DNA of 63,841 nt, taken from contig CAIZQW010000287.1 of NCBI GenBank assembly GCA_903935195.1, positions 1 through 63,841 on the forward strand. The letters are read 5' to 3'. Of this stretch, positions 46,042 to 55,246 are shown piece by piece. Source of the stretch: an uncultured bacterium (GTDB taxonomy: Bacteria > Verrucomicrobiota > Kiritimatiellia > RFP12 > UBA1067). The notes below the pieces were generated by a model. That model was not told where the DNA came from. It saw only the letters and a program-made list of their open reading frames with translations, and searched no databases. How positions within the stretch are numbered: position 1 is the stretch's first letter; every line of letters begins with the position of its first letter. Made by a program: the position numbers and the translations under genes.

Positions 46042-46767
46042 TTATTTGAACAACTTCTTCGCCAGCAAATTTACAAACAAATACACCACAACCGTAATTC
46101 CTGCCATGAGACCCCAGAACTGAGCGTGGATAAAGTCCCCGTGGGCGACAGTGTCACACGCCAGGCCAAGCGCTGTATAGATCAACATCATGACCAACAC
46201 GCCATGGCACTCTTTCCGGATCATGAACTTCAGGGAGTAGGGCAACGCCGTCTTGGTCCAGAGTGCAAGATTCGGCATAAACACAGGCGTCCGCAACGCA
46301 TACTCTTCATAGGCCGAACCGAACTTCTTGCGCAAAAAATCTTCTTCTGCCATGATGATCCGCTCATAGTAGAGCCAGAAGCATAAAATATAGACCACCA
46401 CACACCACGCTGAGCCCAGGAAAGCCACCTGTCCCAGCATAATAATGAAATTGCCGAGGTAGAGCGGATTACGGACGACGGAGTAGATGCCCGTTGTGTT
46501 CAACGTCTCGGCGACCTGACCCTCTTTCGTATTTCGTCCCGAGGTACCCTTGGCAGCGTACCCCACCGTATAAGCCCGGATAACTTCACCAATAAAAGAG
46601 ATCGCGACGCAGAAGCCCCAAGAGATCATCAACCCCTGATGCGTGCCTTGAGGATAGTGGTACTCATACAAAGCAGGAACGATGAGTGCGATGAAGCACA
46701 GGGGCAGGAAACCTCTCCAGCGAAACAACCAATGACCAACCGAGACTGACTGCGCTGACAATGTCAT
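46042..46767 (-). CDS. Isoprenylcysteine carboxyl methyltransferase (ICMT/PEMT) family membrane protein
   Basis: Polytopic, with GIYSVVRNPLYLGNFIIMLG (RNPxYxG motif). Confidence 0.7.
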   Translation of the reverse strand: MTLSAQSVSVGHWLFRWRGFLPLCFIALIVPALYEYHYPQGTHQGLMISWGFCVAISFIGEVIRAYTVGYAAKGTSGRNTKEGQVAETLNTTGIYSVVRNPLYLGNFIIMLGQVAFLGSAWCVVVYILCFWLYYERIIMAEEDFLRKKFGSAYEEYALRTPVFMPNLALWTKTALPYSLKFMIRKECHGVLVMMLIYTALGLACDTVAHGDFIHAQFWGLMAGITVVVYLFVNLLAKKLFK

Positions 46768-46782
46768 AATGATAACTTCCTT

Positions 46783-47538
46783 TTAACTTGATAAAGGTGT
46801 TATATTATCACAATTATAGTGAGGAGGCAATCTCCGCTTATGTTCGCTCACCCGATGATAGCGCTCCATCAACGCCCGCTCCGCTTCTGTAGCGGTTCCT
46901 TGCAGCAGGAACGCATCAATCGCTTTATAAGTGATTCCCATTTCCTGTTCGTCCGTCTGTCCATCGAAAAGCGCTGCTGACGGGGCCTTGGCAATCACCG
47001 CCTCCGGCGCACCCAGATAACGAAGGAAGTCATAAATCTCGGAGACGGTCAGATCTGCGATGGGATTGAAGTCATATGCGCCATCGCCCCACTTTGTAAA
47101 ATAGCCCATGTACCCTTCGCTACGGTTACCCGTGCCAGCAACCAAACGGTTCTCACTGGCGGCGATTGCATAGAGCGTTGACATACGGAGTCTCGGAGCT
47201 AAGTTACTGATGGCCATTGCACTCAGTTGCGTCTGGGTACCGAGGAGCGTCAGAAAAGAATCCTTAATTGGCGTCAAATCAACAGTCCGCGTTGGTATGT
47301 CAAACAGCCGCGCAATCTCTTGCGCGTCTGTTTTGTCCTCATTGTAGTTCCGACGCGATCCGCAGGGCATAATCACCCCCACAGTATTCGCGCAAGCCTT
47401 CTTGCAGAGAATACCGACAAGGGCGCTATCCTTGCCTCCACTGTTGCCATAAACAACGCCGGAAGCCCCGGCATTGTTTAGGCATTTCTGGATAAAGGCT
47501 ACCCGATTATGCGTTTCCTGTTCGAAGTTACGTTTCAT
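46783..47538 (-). CDS. nadE: NH3-dependent NAD+ synthetase
   Basis: PP-loop VVYGNSGGKDSALV. 251 aa. Confidence 0.85.
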   Translation of the reverse strand: MKRNFEQETHNRVAFIQKCLNNAGASGVVYGNSGGKDSALVGILCKKACANTVGVIMPCGSRRNYNEDKTDAQEIARLFDIPTRTVDLTPIKDSFLTLLGTQTQLSAMAISNLAPRLRMSTLYAIAASENRLVAGTGNRSEGYMGYFTKWGDGAYDFNPIADLTVSEIYDFLRYLGAPEAVIAKAPSAALFDGQTDEQEMGITYKAIDAFLLQGTATEAERALMERYHRVSEHKRRLPPHYNCDNITPLSS

Positions 47539-47543
47539 AGTCC

Positions 47544-49673
47544 TTAGTACACGAAGAGCATCTCGCGATACTTGGGCAACGGCCAGACAGCATCATCAAT
47601 GATGCCTTCCAGCTTATCGACTGTCTGACGCAACTCGGTCATCGCTTCCAGGATCTCGCCATGTTCAGCGGCCAGAGCCTTCTCGAGGACATTGGCGCCA
47701 CCGATCAGTGCATCCAGTAATGCCCCGAGCTTTTCGGTGTAGGAGGAGAGAGCGGTGATGCCCATCTTGACCTTTGCGGACTTAGCCTGGTTCAGTGCAT
47801 TGGCTGCCTTGTCAAAGGAGGAGATCACCACTGGGAGGATGATGTTCTTGGCCATTTCCAGCGCAAGCAACCCTTCGATGCGAACACGGCGATGATACTC
47901 TTCGAGATAGATCTCATAGCGAGAATCCAGTTCGACCTTGCTCAGCACGCCATACTTCTCAAAGAGGGCAATGTTTTCCTTCTTGGTCAAAGGCTTGATG
48001 CCTTCAAGGGTCGTGCGGAAGTTAGGCAGACCGCGGCGCTTGGCCTCTGCTGCCCACTCGGCGCTGTAGTTGTCGCCATTGAAGATAATCGCCTTATGGT
48101 CGGAGATCACCTTCTTGAGCAGCTTCTGCAACTGGCCGTTGAAGTCGTTCTTGTCAAACTTCTCGATCTTCTCCGCGAGATAATCCATGGACTCGGCAAC
48201 GATGGTGTTGAGCACCACATTGACGCCAGCACAGGACTGGCTCGAACCTGGAGCACGGAACTCGAACTTGTTGCCGGTAAAGGCGAAGGGGCTCGTGCGG
48301 TTACGATCGGTCGCATCGCGCGGAAGCGTCGGAAGCGTGTCCACGCCGATACGCATGGTGCCCGCCTGCTTGCTGGAGGTCGCGCCACCCTTCTCGATCT
48401 GCGCGATCACATCAGCGAGCTGGTCGCCCAAGAAGATGGAGACGATCGCAGGAGGCGCTTCATTCGCACCCAGACGATGATCATTACCCGCAAACGAAGT
48501 GGTGACACGCAGGACATCGCTGTGCAGATGCACCCCACGAATGATCGAGCTGAGGACCGTGAGGAAGATCGCGTTCTGATGCGGATCAGCACCCGGCTCG
48601 AGCAGATTCTGCTTGCCAAATGCAACGGACCAATTGTTGTGCTTGCCTGAACCGTTCACGCCAGCGAAGGGCTTCTCGTGCAAGAGGCAGACAAGACCGT
48701 GACGCTCTGCGGTCTGGCGCAGCACTTCCATGACGATCATGTTGTGGTCAACCGCTAGGTTCAACTCTTCAAACATCGGCGCGATTTCGAACTGCGCAGG
48801 TGCCACTTCGTTATGGCGCGTCTTGGCAGGGATCCCTAATGTCCAGAGCTCTTTTTCAACTTCGTGCATGAAGGCGAGAATGCGGGGCTTGATCGAACCA
48901 AAGTAGTGGTCTTCCATCTGCTGATGCTTCGGCGGCGGTGCGCCGAAGAGCGTACGGCCCGTCTGGAGGAGGTCCGGACGTTGCAAATAGAAGCCCTTGT
49001 CGATGAGGAAGTATTCCTGTTCCGGGCCGAGGGTCACCATCACCCGCGCCTGAGGAACACCGAAACACTTCATTAAGCGGTTCACCGACGTCTTCAGCGC
49101 CTGGATGGAGCGCAGCAAAGGCGTCTTCTTGTCCAAGGCTTCTCCCGTATAGGAACAGAATGCCGTGGGGATGCAAAGGGTCGCGCCCTTCGGGTGACGC
49201 TTGATAAAGGCAGGGCTGGTAGGATCCCATGCTGTATAGCCACGCGCTTCGAAGGTGGAGCGCAGACCGCCAGACGGGAAGCTGGAAGCATCTGGCTCAC
49301 CCACGATCAGGTTCTTACCAGAGAAGATCATGATGGCTTCGCCCATTCCGGTCGGCTCTAAAAAAGCGTCATGCTTCTCAGCGGTACCACCTGTCAAAGG
49401 CTGGAACCAGTGGGTGAAGTGGGTCGCGCCACGTTCCATAGCCCATGTCTTCATGGCATGTGCAATATCGCCCGCAATGGCAGGATCCAGGGGAAGACCG
49501 TCATTCAATGTGGACAACAGTTTTTCCGCAACAGCCTTGGGAAGATACTTCTTCATGACCTGAGTCGTGAAGACATCCTCGCCATAAAAATCCAGTTCGA
49601 AGGGTTCCGCCTTTGCTGCTTCTGGGGCACCCATCTTTGCAATCTGCTCCAACGTATTCATACGACTATTCAT
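47544..49673 (-). CDS. glnN: Glutamine synthetase type III
   Basis: From ORF 47544..49718, trimmed to MNSRMNTLEQIAKMG because a sigma-54 promoter lies inside the 5' extension. Length of about 709 aa and GS catalytic-domain motifs. Confidence 0.88.
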   Translation of the reverse strand: MNSRMNTLEQIAKMGAPEAAKAEPFELDFYGEDVFTTQVMKKYLPKAVAEKLLSTLNDGLPLDPAIAGDIAHAMKTWAMERGATHFTHWFQPLTGGTAEKHDAFLEPTGMGEAIMIFSGKNLIVGEPDASSFPSGGLRSTFEARGYTAWDPTSPAFIKRHPKGATLCIPTAFCSYTGEALDKKTPLLRSIQALKTSVNRLMKCFGVPQARVMVTLGPEQEYFLIDKGFYLQRPDLLQTGRTLFGAPPPKHQQMEDHYFGSIKPRILAFMHEVEKELWTLGIPAKTRHNEVAPAQFEIAPMFEELNLAVDHNMIVMEVLRQTAERHGLVCLLHEKPFAGVNGSGKHNNWSVAFGKQNLLEPGADPHQNAIFLTVLSSIIRGVHLHSDVLRVTTSFAGNDHRLGANEAPPAIVSIFLGDQLADVIAQIEKGGATSSKQAGTMRIGVDTLPTLPRDATDRNRTSPFAFTGNKFEFRAPGSSQSCAGVNVVLNTIVAESMDYLAEKIEKFDKNDFNGQLQKLLKKVISDHKAIIFNGDNYSAEWAAEAKRRGLPNFRTTLEGIKPLTKKENIALFEKYGVLSKVELDSRYEIYLEEYHRRVRIEGLLALEMAKNIILPVVISSFDKAANALNQAKSAKVKMGITALSSYTEKLGALLDALIGGANVLEKALAAEHGEILEAMTELRQTVDKLEGIIDDAVWPLPKYREMLFVY

Positions 49674-49714
49674 AGTTTGCTCCTCACCTTTCTTCTTGTG
49701 ACGTGATTTTGAAC

Positions 49715-49729
49715 GCAACTAACGTGCCA
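49715..49729 (-). promoter_or_regulatory. Sigma-54 (-24/-12) promoter for glnN
   Basis: The minus strand reads CTTGGCACGTTAGTTGCGT, an exact TGGCAC-N5-TTGC. It lies about 42 nt upstream of ATG 49673, with the AGGTGAGGAG RBS in between. Confidence 0.65.
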
Positions 49730-49900
49730 AGCACGCTGTTAGAGATGCTACATGCCTCGTTTTTGTTAAAAAAGGAACAGGAACATGATAATTGTCTCAA
49801 AATCAATGAAAATGTTATCATATTCTTGGCGACATTGACAAATGAATTTACAATTTGGTAAACTCTATTTAATCAGCCTTTCCCATTTTCGTAAAAATTT

Positions 49901-50719
49901 CTAGAGGGTGATTCCCAGATTGATACCGCCCCAAAGCAGGTTATTCTCATGATAAACGCCCTTGAGTTCGTTATCCACTGTGCTTACCCAGCCTATACGG
50001 GCGCCAACAAAGACATTAGCTGTAATCGCATACTTGGTATAGATCACAGCCTGGGCATCCGTGAACCAGTACTGGGACTCCCCTCCCGCGTAATAGTACT
50101 CCGTGTAAGGATGTGAGGCGCCACTCAGGGAGACTTCAGCTCCTGCGGTCAACTTGTCAAAGGTCATCTCTTTGCGCAGACCGACCGTCACGTAGGTACC
50201 ATCCACACGGGCATAATCGTAGTAGGCCTTGATAAAGGGAACCACGATGTCATTATTATACGCGGCGCTCACGAAGATCTCGCGCGTGCTGGGATAATAT
50301 TGGGTATCGCTGATTGCCGGGAAGGTGTACCAGATATGCCCGATACCGAGAGAGAAATCTCCGACGTTAACCGCATACTGAAGCGTGTAATCGATTTCGT
50401 TCATCCCAGCAAAGCTGGTTTGACTGTTGTTATCCGTGGTGTCGAAGTTCATCCAGGCATCCGCCGTCACGGAACCGTAATCCCCGAAGGAATAGGTCAA
50501 AGCCAGGTCGGGCTCCAATACAGGTTCATCGTTCATAATCATACCGTGCCAGATATAGGCAGAGTAGATGTCTAAGGTTGCGCCGAAGGTCAGGGGGAAG
50601 GGTTTCTCCTCCTTGACCGCCTCTGGCGTTGCCGCTGGGGCATTGGTTGAAACACTGTCTGCTGCGAAAACCATGTTCGCTGTCACCATCACCATAAACA
50701 TTCCTATGATGTTTTTCAT
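49901..50719 (-). CDS. Outer-membrane beta-barrel protein (TorF/Gcw_chp-like putative porin)
   Basis: Signal peptide, alternating aromatic/hydrophobic beta-strand pattern, and a C-terminal WGGINLGITL. Confidence 0.6.
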   Translation of the reverse strand: MKNIIGMFMVMVTANMVFAADSVSTNAPAATPEAVKEEKPFPLTFGATLDIYSAYIWHGMIMNDEPVLEPDLALTYSFGDYGSVTADAWMNFDTTDNNSQTSFAGMNEIDYTLQYAVNVGDFSLGIGHIWYTFPAISDTQYYPSTREIFVSAAYNNDIVVPFIKAYYDYARVDGTYVTVGLRKEMTFDKLTAGAEVSLSGASHPYTEYYYAGGESQYWFTDAQAVIYTKYAITANVFVGARIGWVSTVDNELKGVYHENNLLWGGINLGITL

Positions 50720-50803
50720 GTCTTCTTTCTCCTTCTTGCCCTGAAGGGCCTCTCGTTTGTTAATGTTTGTTCCTGTTACTTAAGCATCGCTGTGGGGTAT
50801 ATC

Positions 50804-50818
50804 GCACAACTTATGCCA
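50804..50818 (-). promoter_or_regulatory. Candidate sigma-54 promoter for the porin gene
   Basis: The minus strand reads TTGGCATAAGTTGTGCGAT. GG-N10-GC is preserved, with two deviations from TGGCAC-N5-TTGC. It lies about 85 nt upstream of ATG 50719. Confidence 0.45.
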
Positions 50819-50979
50819 ATCTCTTAAAATCTGTTTTTTTGTTAAAAACCATGTATTTATTTGTTTATTTTGATCTTTTTTATTTTTTTATTCCATTTAT
50901 GTAAACAAATGATCGTCATAATGAACATTAATTTCTAAATAAATCACCCGAGTTAATCCTTTATTTCATTGTCTCTCTG

Positions 50980-51120
50980 CAGGTGGCGGGGTTGTCTATA
51001 ACTTCAACGTTAAGAGTTGGGCGTTCAGCGTTAAGCGTTTAACGTTTAACTCTTAATTTAAGAAGTTACTCCTCATTTTATTCCTAGGCCCCCAGGCGGC
51101 GGGCTAGTCTGTGCCTTCAA
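50980..51120. repeat. Word element: 28-nt direct repeat pair flanking a hairpin built from TTAAGAGTT and GCGTT words
   Basis: CAGGTGGCGGGGTTGTCTATAACTTCAA (50980-51007) matches CAGGCGGCGGGCTAGTCTGTGCCTTCAA (51093-51120) at 22/28. TTAAGAGTT (51010-51018) is complementary to AACTCTTAA (51048-51056). GCGTT/CGTT tandem words lie between them. Confidence 0.85.
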
Positions 51121-51199
51121 GTTTGCCCTAATTTATTCTGCCGGACGCTTCCATTCCAAAAAGGAGTATGTTATTATAAAAAATAAATGGAGATCACGT

Positions 51200-52039
51200 A
51201 TGACTGCTTTCTTTAAAAAAATCTTTAAGTTTCTCGTCGGCTTGGTTGTAGTTCTGCTCATTCTGCTGGTGGCGCTTTTCTTCTTCATGGGGTCTATTGT
51301 GGAGAAGGGGATTAACACAGCGGCGCCTGCGCTTCTCGGGGTGAATACCCATGTGGATAGTGTCAGCATCAGCCCGATCAGAGGCATTGTACACCTCAAG
51401 AACTTGACGCTTGCGAACCCCGAGGGGTACTCTGCGGATAAGAAACTCTTCGAAGTCACTGAGTTCTATGTCAATATCAACATGGCTTCACTCTTCTCTG
51501 ACACGATCACGATTCGAAAGATCCTGATTAAGGGGCCTGGTTGCACCTACGAAGTCAAGAATGGCACTTCCAATATTGATGCGTTGATTGCGAAGTTGAA
51601 CAAAGGAGCGCCTGCTGAACCTAAAGCAAAGACAGCGCCAGCGCCAACCGACAAACCGAAGGATGCGAAGGCCGGGAAAAAGGTCATCATTGATGAGCTT
51701 TCCATCAATGACACGCGCCTCGCCTACTCTTCATCCATGACTGCCGGACAGTTTGTGAACCTCCCGATTGGAACTATCACGTTGAAGGATATCGGAAAGA
51801 AGGACGGAGGCGTTACTTTTTCAGAGGCGTTGACCCAGATCATGAATGCCATGTTGAATGGCATTAACTCTGCCATCTCCAGCGTAGGCGACATTCTTGG
51901 CTCGACCACGAAGAGCGCAACCGACGCCACAAAGGCAACAACGGAAGCACTTAATTCCGGAGTGAAGGACACGACGAAGGCGGTAGGCTCGGCACTTGAT
52001 GAGGTCGGTGGACTTTTCAAGTCGAAAAAGAAAGAGTAG
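51200..52039 (+). CDS. Membrane-anchored protein of unknown function
   Basis: 279 aa. N-terminal TM helix (FLVGLVVVLLILLVALFFF) and an A/P/K-rich linker. Confidence 0.6.
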   Translation: MTAFFKKIFKFLVGLVVVLLILLVALFFFMGSIVEKGINTAAPALLGVNTHVDSVSISPIRGIVHLKNLTLANPEGYSADKKLFEVTEFYVNINMASLFSDTITIRKILIKGPGCTYEVKNGTSNIDALIAKLNKGAPAEPKAKTAPAPTDKPKDAKAGKKVIIDELSINDTRLAYSSSMTAGQFVNLPIGTITLKDIGKKDGGVTFSEALTQIMNAMLNGINSAISSVGDILGSTTKSATDATKATTEALNSGVKDTTKAVGSALDEVGGLFKSKKKE

Positions 52040-52084
52040 CCCTTCATCCCTCCCATCCCCTTTTGGGCAAAACAATAAACTCCC

Positions 52085-52726
52085 ATGCCGCACGATAAAA
52101 CCGATTGTATTTTAAGCACGCAAAGCGTCAAGCGCCTGCCTCTCTACCTGCCGATTCTCGCAGAGATGAGGGATGCGGGAGATGCGTACGTATCCAGTGC
52201 TGTCATTGCGGAGCGTTTAAGTTTTGATCCGATCATGGTGCGTAAGGACTTGGCTGGTTGCGGCGTCACAGGCTTGCCACGCAAGGGGTTCCCGTTAGAG
52301 GAGCTCTATCAGGCTGTTGAAAAGACGCTGGGGTGTCATGTCACATGCGAAGCCGTCATGGTCGGCGTGGGCAAGCTCGGCGCTGCACTGCTAGGCTTCC
52401 CTGGATTCTCCCAATATGGCATTAAGATTGTGGCGGCTTTTGATATCCAACCCGCTCAAGTTCCTCATGTCGGAATTCCCGTCTACCCGATGAGGCGCCT
52501 AGAGGAGATCTTGGCCAAGACCAAGCCTAAAATTGGAATCTTGACGATCCCCGCTGATGTGGCTCAACCGATTGCGGATCGTTTGATTGCCGCAGGGGTC
52601 AAGGGTATTTGGAATTTTACCTCCACCCATCTGGCTATTCCAGAGGGGGTCATCGTCAAACGAGAAAATCTAGCAACAAGCCTGATTGTTCTCTCTCACC
52701 GTCTTCGCGTCGCAAAGCTAATCTAA
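52085..52726 (+). CDS. rex: Redox-sensing transcriptional repressor Rex
   Basis: Winged-helix N-terminus with VKRLPLYLPIL, and a Rossmann domain with VMVGVGKLGAALLGF. Confidence 0.85.
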   Translation: MPHDKTDCILSTQSVKRLPLYLPILAEMRDAGDAYVSSAVIAERLSFDPIMVRKDLAGCGVTGLPRKGFPLEELYQAVEKTLGCHVTCEAVMVGVGKLGAALLGFPGFSQYGIKIVAAFDIQPAQVPHVGIPVYPMRRLEEILAKTKPKIGILTIPADVAQPIADRLIAAGVKGIWNFTSTHLAIPEGVIVKRENLATSLIVLSHRLRVAKLI

Positions 52727-52732
52727 CCAAGA

Positions 52733-53461
52733 CTAGACCTTGCCGACCCAGCGGCGCATGAAGTCCGCAACGGGCAATCCTGCGCTGATATGACGGATGA
52801 GCGCGCTGCCAAAAATAATTGCATCCGGACGATCGGCCACAGGAATAGCGTCCAGTTGTTCCGGACTTGAAAAGCCGAAGCCCAAGGCAAGCGGAATACG
52901 GAAGGCCTTGCGCGCACGACGTAGCGTGTCTGACAAGTCTGGAGGAAACTCGGAACGGACACCTGTGATCCCTAGAACCGAGATGACATAGACATAACCT
53001 GTCGCCACTTCAGCATACGCCTTCATGCGCTCAAGCGACGTGTTGGGCGCGACAAGGGCGATCAGATGGATGCCACAAGCCGAGAGCTGCTTTCGATAGG
53101 GCGCATCCTCATCGAGGGGCAGATCTGGAATAATGAAGCCGTAAATACCGATCTCCTGAGATTCTTTAGCCAGCCGCTCAAAGCCATATTGCAAAAAAGG
53201 ATTCAGATAGCCCATCAACACGAGCTTCGCCTTGAACTGCCCCTTACGCTGGCGTAACCCTTCCAGAATGCTCTCAAGCGTCACACCATTCTCCAGCGCC
53301 TTCATCGATGCGGCTTCAATCACCGGTCCGTCTGCCACAGGATCAGAAAAGGGCACGCCAATCTCGATAATGTCCGCGCCATTTTCATCCAGTTCTTTAA
53401 GGTTCTTCCAGAAGGTCTCCACCGTTGGAAACCCAGCCGTCATAAAGGGGATCAGCATCAT
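52733..53461 (-). CDS. trpA: Tryptophan synthase alpha chain
   Basis: [24 protein letters not shown] motif, and an ATGA overlap with the trpB stop. Confidence 0.92.
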   Translation of the reverse strand: MMLIPFMTAGFPTVETFWKNLKELDENGADIIEIGVPFSDPVADGPVIEAASMKALENGVTLESILEGLRQRKGQFKAKLVLMGYLNPFLQYGFERLAKESQEIGIYGFIIPDLPLDEDAPYRKQLSACGIHLIALVAPNTSLERMKAYAEVATGYVYVISVLGITGVRSEFPPDLSDTLRRARKAFRIPLALGFGFSSPEQLDAIPVADRPDAIIFGSALIRHISAGLPVADFMRRWVGKV

Positions 53462-54627
53462 ATTCCAAGTTCCTTTCGGATAATGTCCATATCCTTGTCG
53501 CCGCGTCCGGAGAGATTGACAACCACATTCGCACCTTTCGCGAATTGCCCGGGATTATCCAAGACCCAAGCCAGCGCATGGGAGGATTCTAACGCCGGGA
53601 TGATGCCCTCCTCGTGGCAGAGAGCCTGAAAGGCGGCCAAGGCCTGCCGATCGATTACTGGATGATATTCGGCTCGCTTCGTTGCCTGGAGCATAGCATG
53701 TTCAGGACCGACGCCTGGATAGTCCAGCCCAGCAGAGACAGAGTGTGAAGGCTCAATCTGACCGTTACGATCTTGGAGTAGCATCGTATATTCGCCATGC
53801 AAGACACCAGGTGTACCGCGGCCAAGGGCCGCTGAGTGGTAACAGCCGGGTTCACCAGTTCCACCAGCCTCTACGCCGATAATACGGACTGACGGATCGT
53901 CCACAAAGGGGTGAAACATACCGATCGCATTGGAGCCGCCGCCGACACAGGCGACAACAGCATCTGGAAGCCGTCCTGTCCTGTCCAACATCTGCTGACG
54001 CGTCTCGCGTCCGATGACACACTGGAAGTCGCGTACCAAGAGAGGGAAGGGATGCGGTCCCGCTGCAGTACCAAAGCAGTAATGCGTCGTCTTCTGGGTG
54101 ACCACCCACTCCCGCAGGGCGGCGTTGATAGCGTCCTTCAACGTGCGTGTTCCGCTCTCGACAGCGATCACCTCGGTTCCGAGAAGCTTCATGCGCCGAA
54201 CATTCGCTGCCTGACGGATCACGTCATCCGCCCCCATGAAGATGCGACAGGTCAAGCCCAAGCGTGCAGCCGCGGCGGCGGTTGCCACACCGTGCATCCC
54301 TGCTCCTGTTTCGGCCAGGAGCGACGTCTTGCCCATGCGCTTGGCCAACAGAGCCTGCCCCAATGTGTTGTTCACTTTGTGCGCCCCGGTATGCAGCAAA
54401 TCCTCTCGCTTCAAATAGAGGTTGAGGCCCAGACGTTTTGAAAGCGTCGGACAAAAGGTCAGGGGTGTCTCACGTCCGGCATAGTTACACAGCAAGTCGC
54501 TCAGTTCGGCTTGGAACTGCGGATCCGGCAGAAACTTGGCCATCGCAGCCTCAAGTTCCTGTAGAGGCGGGACCAACGATTCGGGAACGAAACAACCACC
54601 GAAATCACCAAAATACCCTTTTCTCAT
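53458..54627 (-). CDS. trpB: Tryptophan synthase beta chain
   Basis: [11 protein letters not shown] (PLP Lys) and GGGSNAIG. Confidence 0.95.
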   Translation of the reverse strand: MRKGYFGDFGGCFVPESLVPPLQELEAAMAKFLPDPQFQAELSDLLCNYAGRETPLTFCPTLSKRLGLNLYLKREDLLHTGAHKVNNTLGQALLAKRMGKTSLLAETGAGMHGVATAAAAARLGLTCRIFMGADDVIRQAANVRRMKLLGTEVIAVESGTRTLKDAINAALREWVVTQKTTHYCFGTAAGPHPFPLLVRDFQCVIGRETRQQMLDRTGRLPDAVVACVGGGSNAIGMFHPFVDDPSVRIIGVEAGGTGEPGCYHSAALGRGTPGVLHGEYTMLLQDRNGQIEPSHSVSAGLDYPGVGPEHAMLQATKRAEYHPVIDRQALAAFQALCHEEGIIPALESSHALAWVLDNPGQFAKGANVVVNLSGRGDKDMDIIRKELGI

Positions 54628-55217
54628 AACAGTTCCTTTATCTCTTTAATCCGTTCAGCGCTCTTAATGCCAGGAGCCATCTCCACGCCTGAGTTCACAT
54701 CCACCCCATCCGGACGACACACCTTCAACAGGTCGGGGATGTTCTGAGCACTCAATCCTCCTGCAACGAAAAAGGGTCGCTTCACCCCCTTCAGCACCTG
54801 CCAGTCAAAGGCCTTGCCGGTTCCATATCCAGAATCAAAGAGGGTGTAGGCAACTTCAGGCTCAGGGGTGACGGAGAGCGAAGGTGCTTCTCCAGGAAAG
54901 AGCACTCGGATGACCCGATGACCTCCAATCGCATCAACCACCGTGTCCTCTTGACGGCCATGGAGCTGCGCATAGTCCAGCCTGGCAAGCGTCATGATGT
55001 CCACGATTTCCTGAATATTGTGCGTTGTAAAGACCCCAACCCGTTTACACTGGGCGGTCTGAATGGAGGAGACACGTTCAGGCGAGATATAACGCGGACT
55101 TGCTGGATGGAAGATAAATCCACAAAAGTCCACGCCTAATTGTTCACAAGCCGTCGCATCCTCTTGGCGCGTAATGCCGCATACTTTCAACAGGATCTTT
55201 TGTTCGTCGGCAACCAT
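54624..55217 (-). CDS. trpF: Phosphoribosylanthranilate isomerase
   Basis: [12 protein letters not shown]-terminus, 197 aa, overlapping trpB. Confidence 0.88.
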   Translation of the reverse strand: MVADEQKILLKVCGITRQEDATACEQLGVDFCGFIFHPASPRYISPERVSSIQTAQCKRVGVFTTHNIQEIVDIMTLARLDYAQLHGRQEDTVVDAIGGHRVIRVLFPGEAPSLSVTPEPEVAYTLFDSGYGTGKAFDWQVLKGVKRPFFVAGGLSAQNIPDLLKVCRPDGVDVNSGVEMAPGIKSAERIKEIKELL

Positions 55218-55246
55218 AACTGCGCGTGAGGCGGCCTCCCTCTCTT

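Noticed and set aside
49674-49718. 5' extensions of ORF-track calls, here for glnN. The same applies at 3777-3836 (larC), 9511-9582 (lpxD), 12497-12595 (bamA), 16669-16722 (trxA), 26284-26352 (carA), 33719-33820 (DUF429) and 1763-1801 (gspF).
   Set aside because: The extensions overlap upstream genes or regulatory sites, such as the sigma-54 promoter for glnN. They encode Arg/Lys-rich junk ahead of canonical family N-termini, so the internal ATGs fit better.
50980-51120. Possible mini-CRISPR, based on a 28-nt direct repeat pair. Tandem words at other loci raised the same question.
   Set aside because: There are only two copies at 22/28 identity, with a spacer of about 85 nt that is itself a hairpin. 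No cas genes are present. The other loci have 5-14-nt words without unique spacers.
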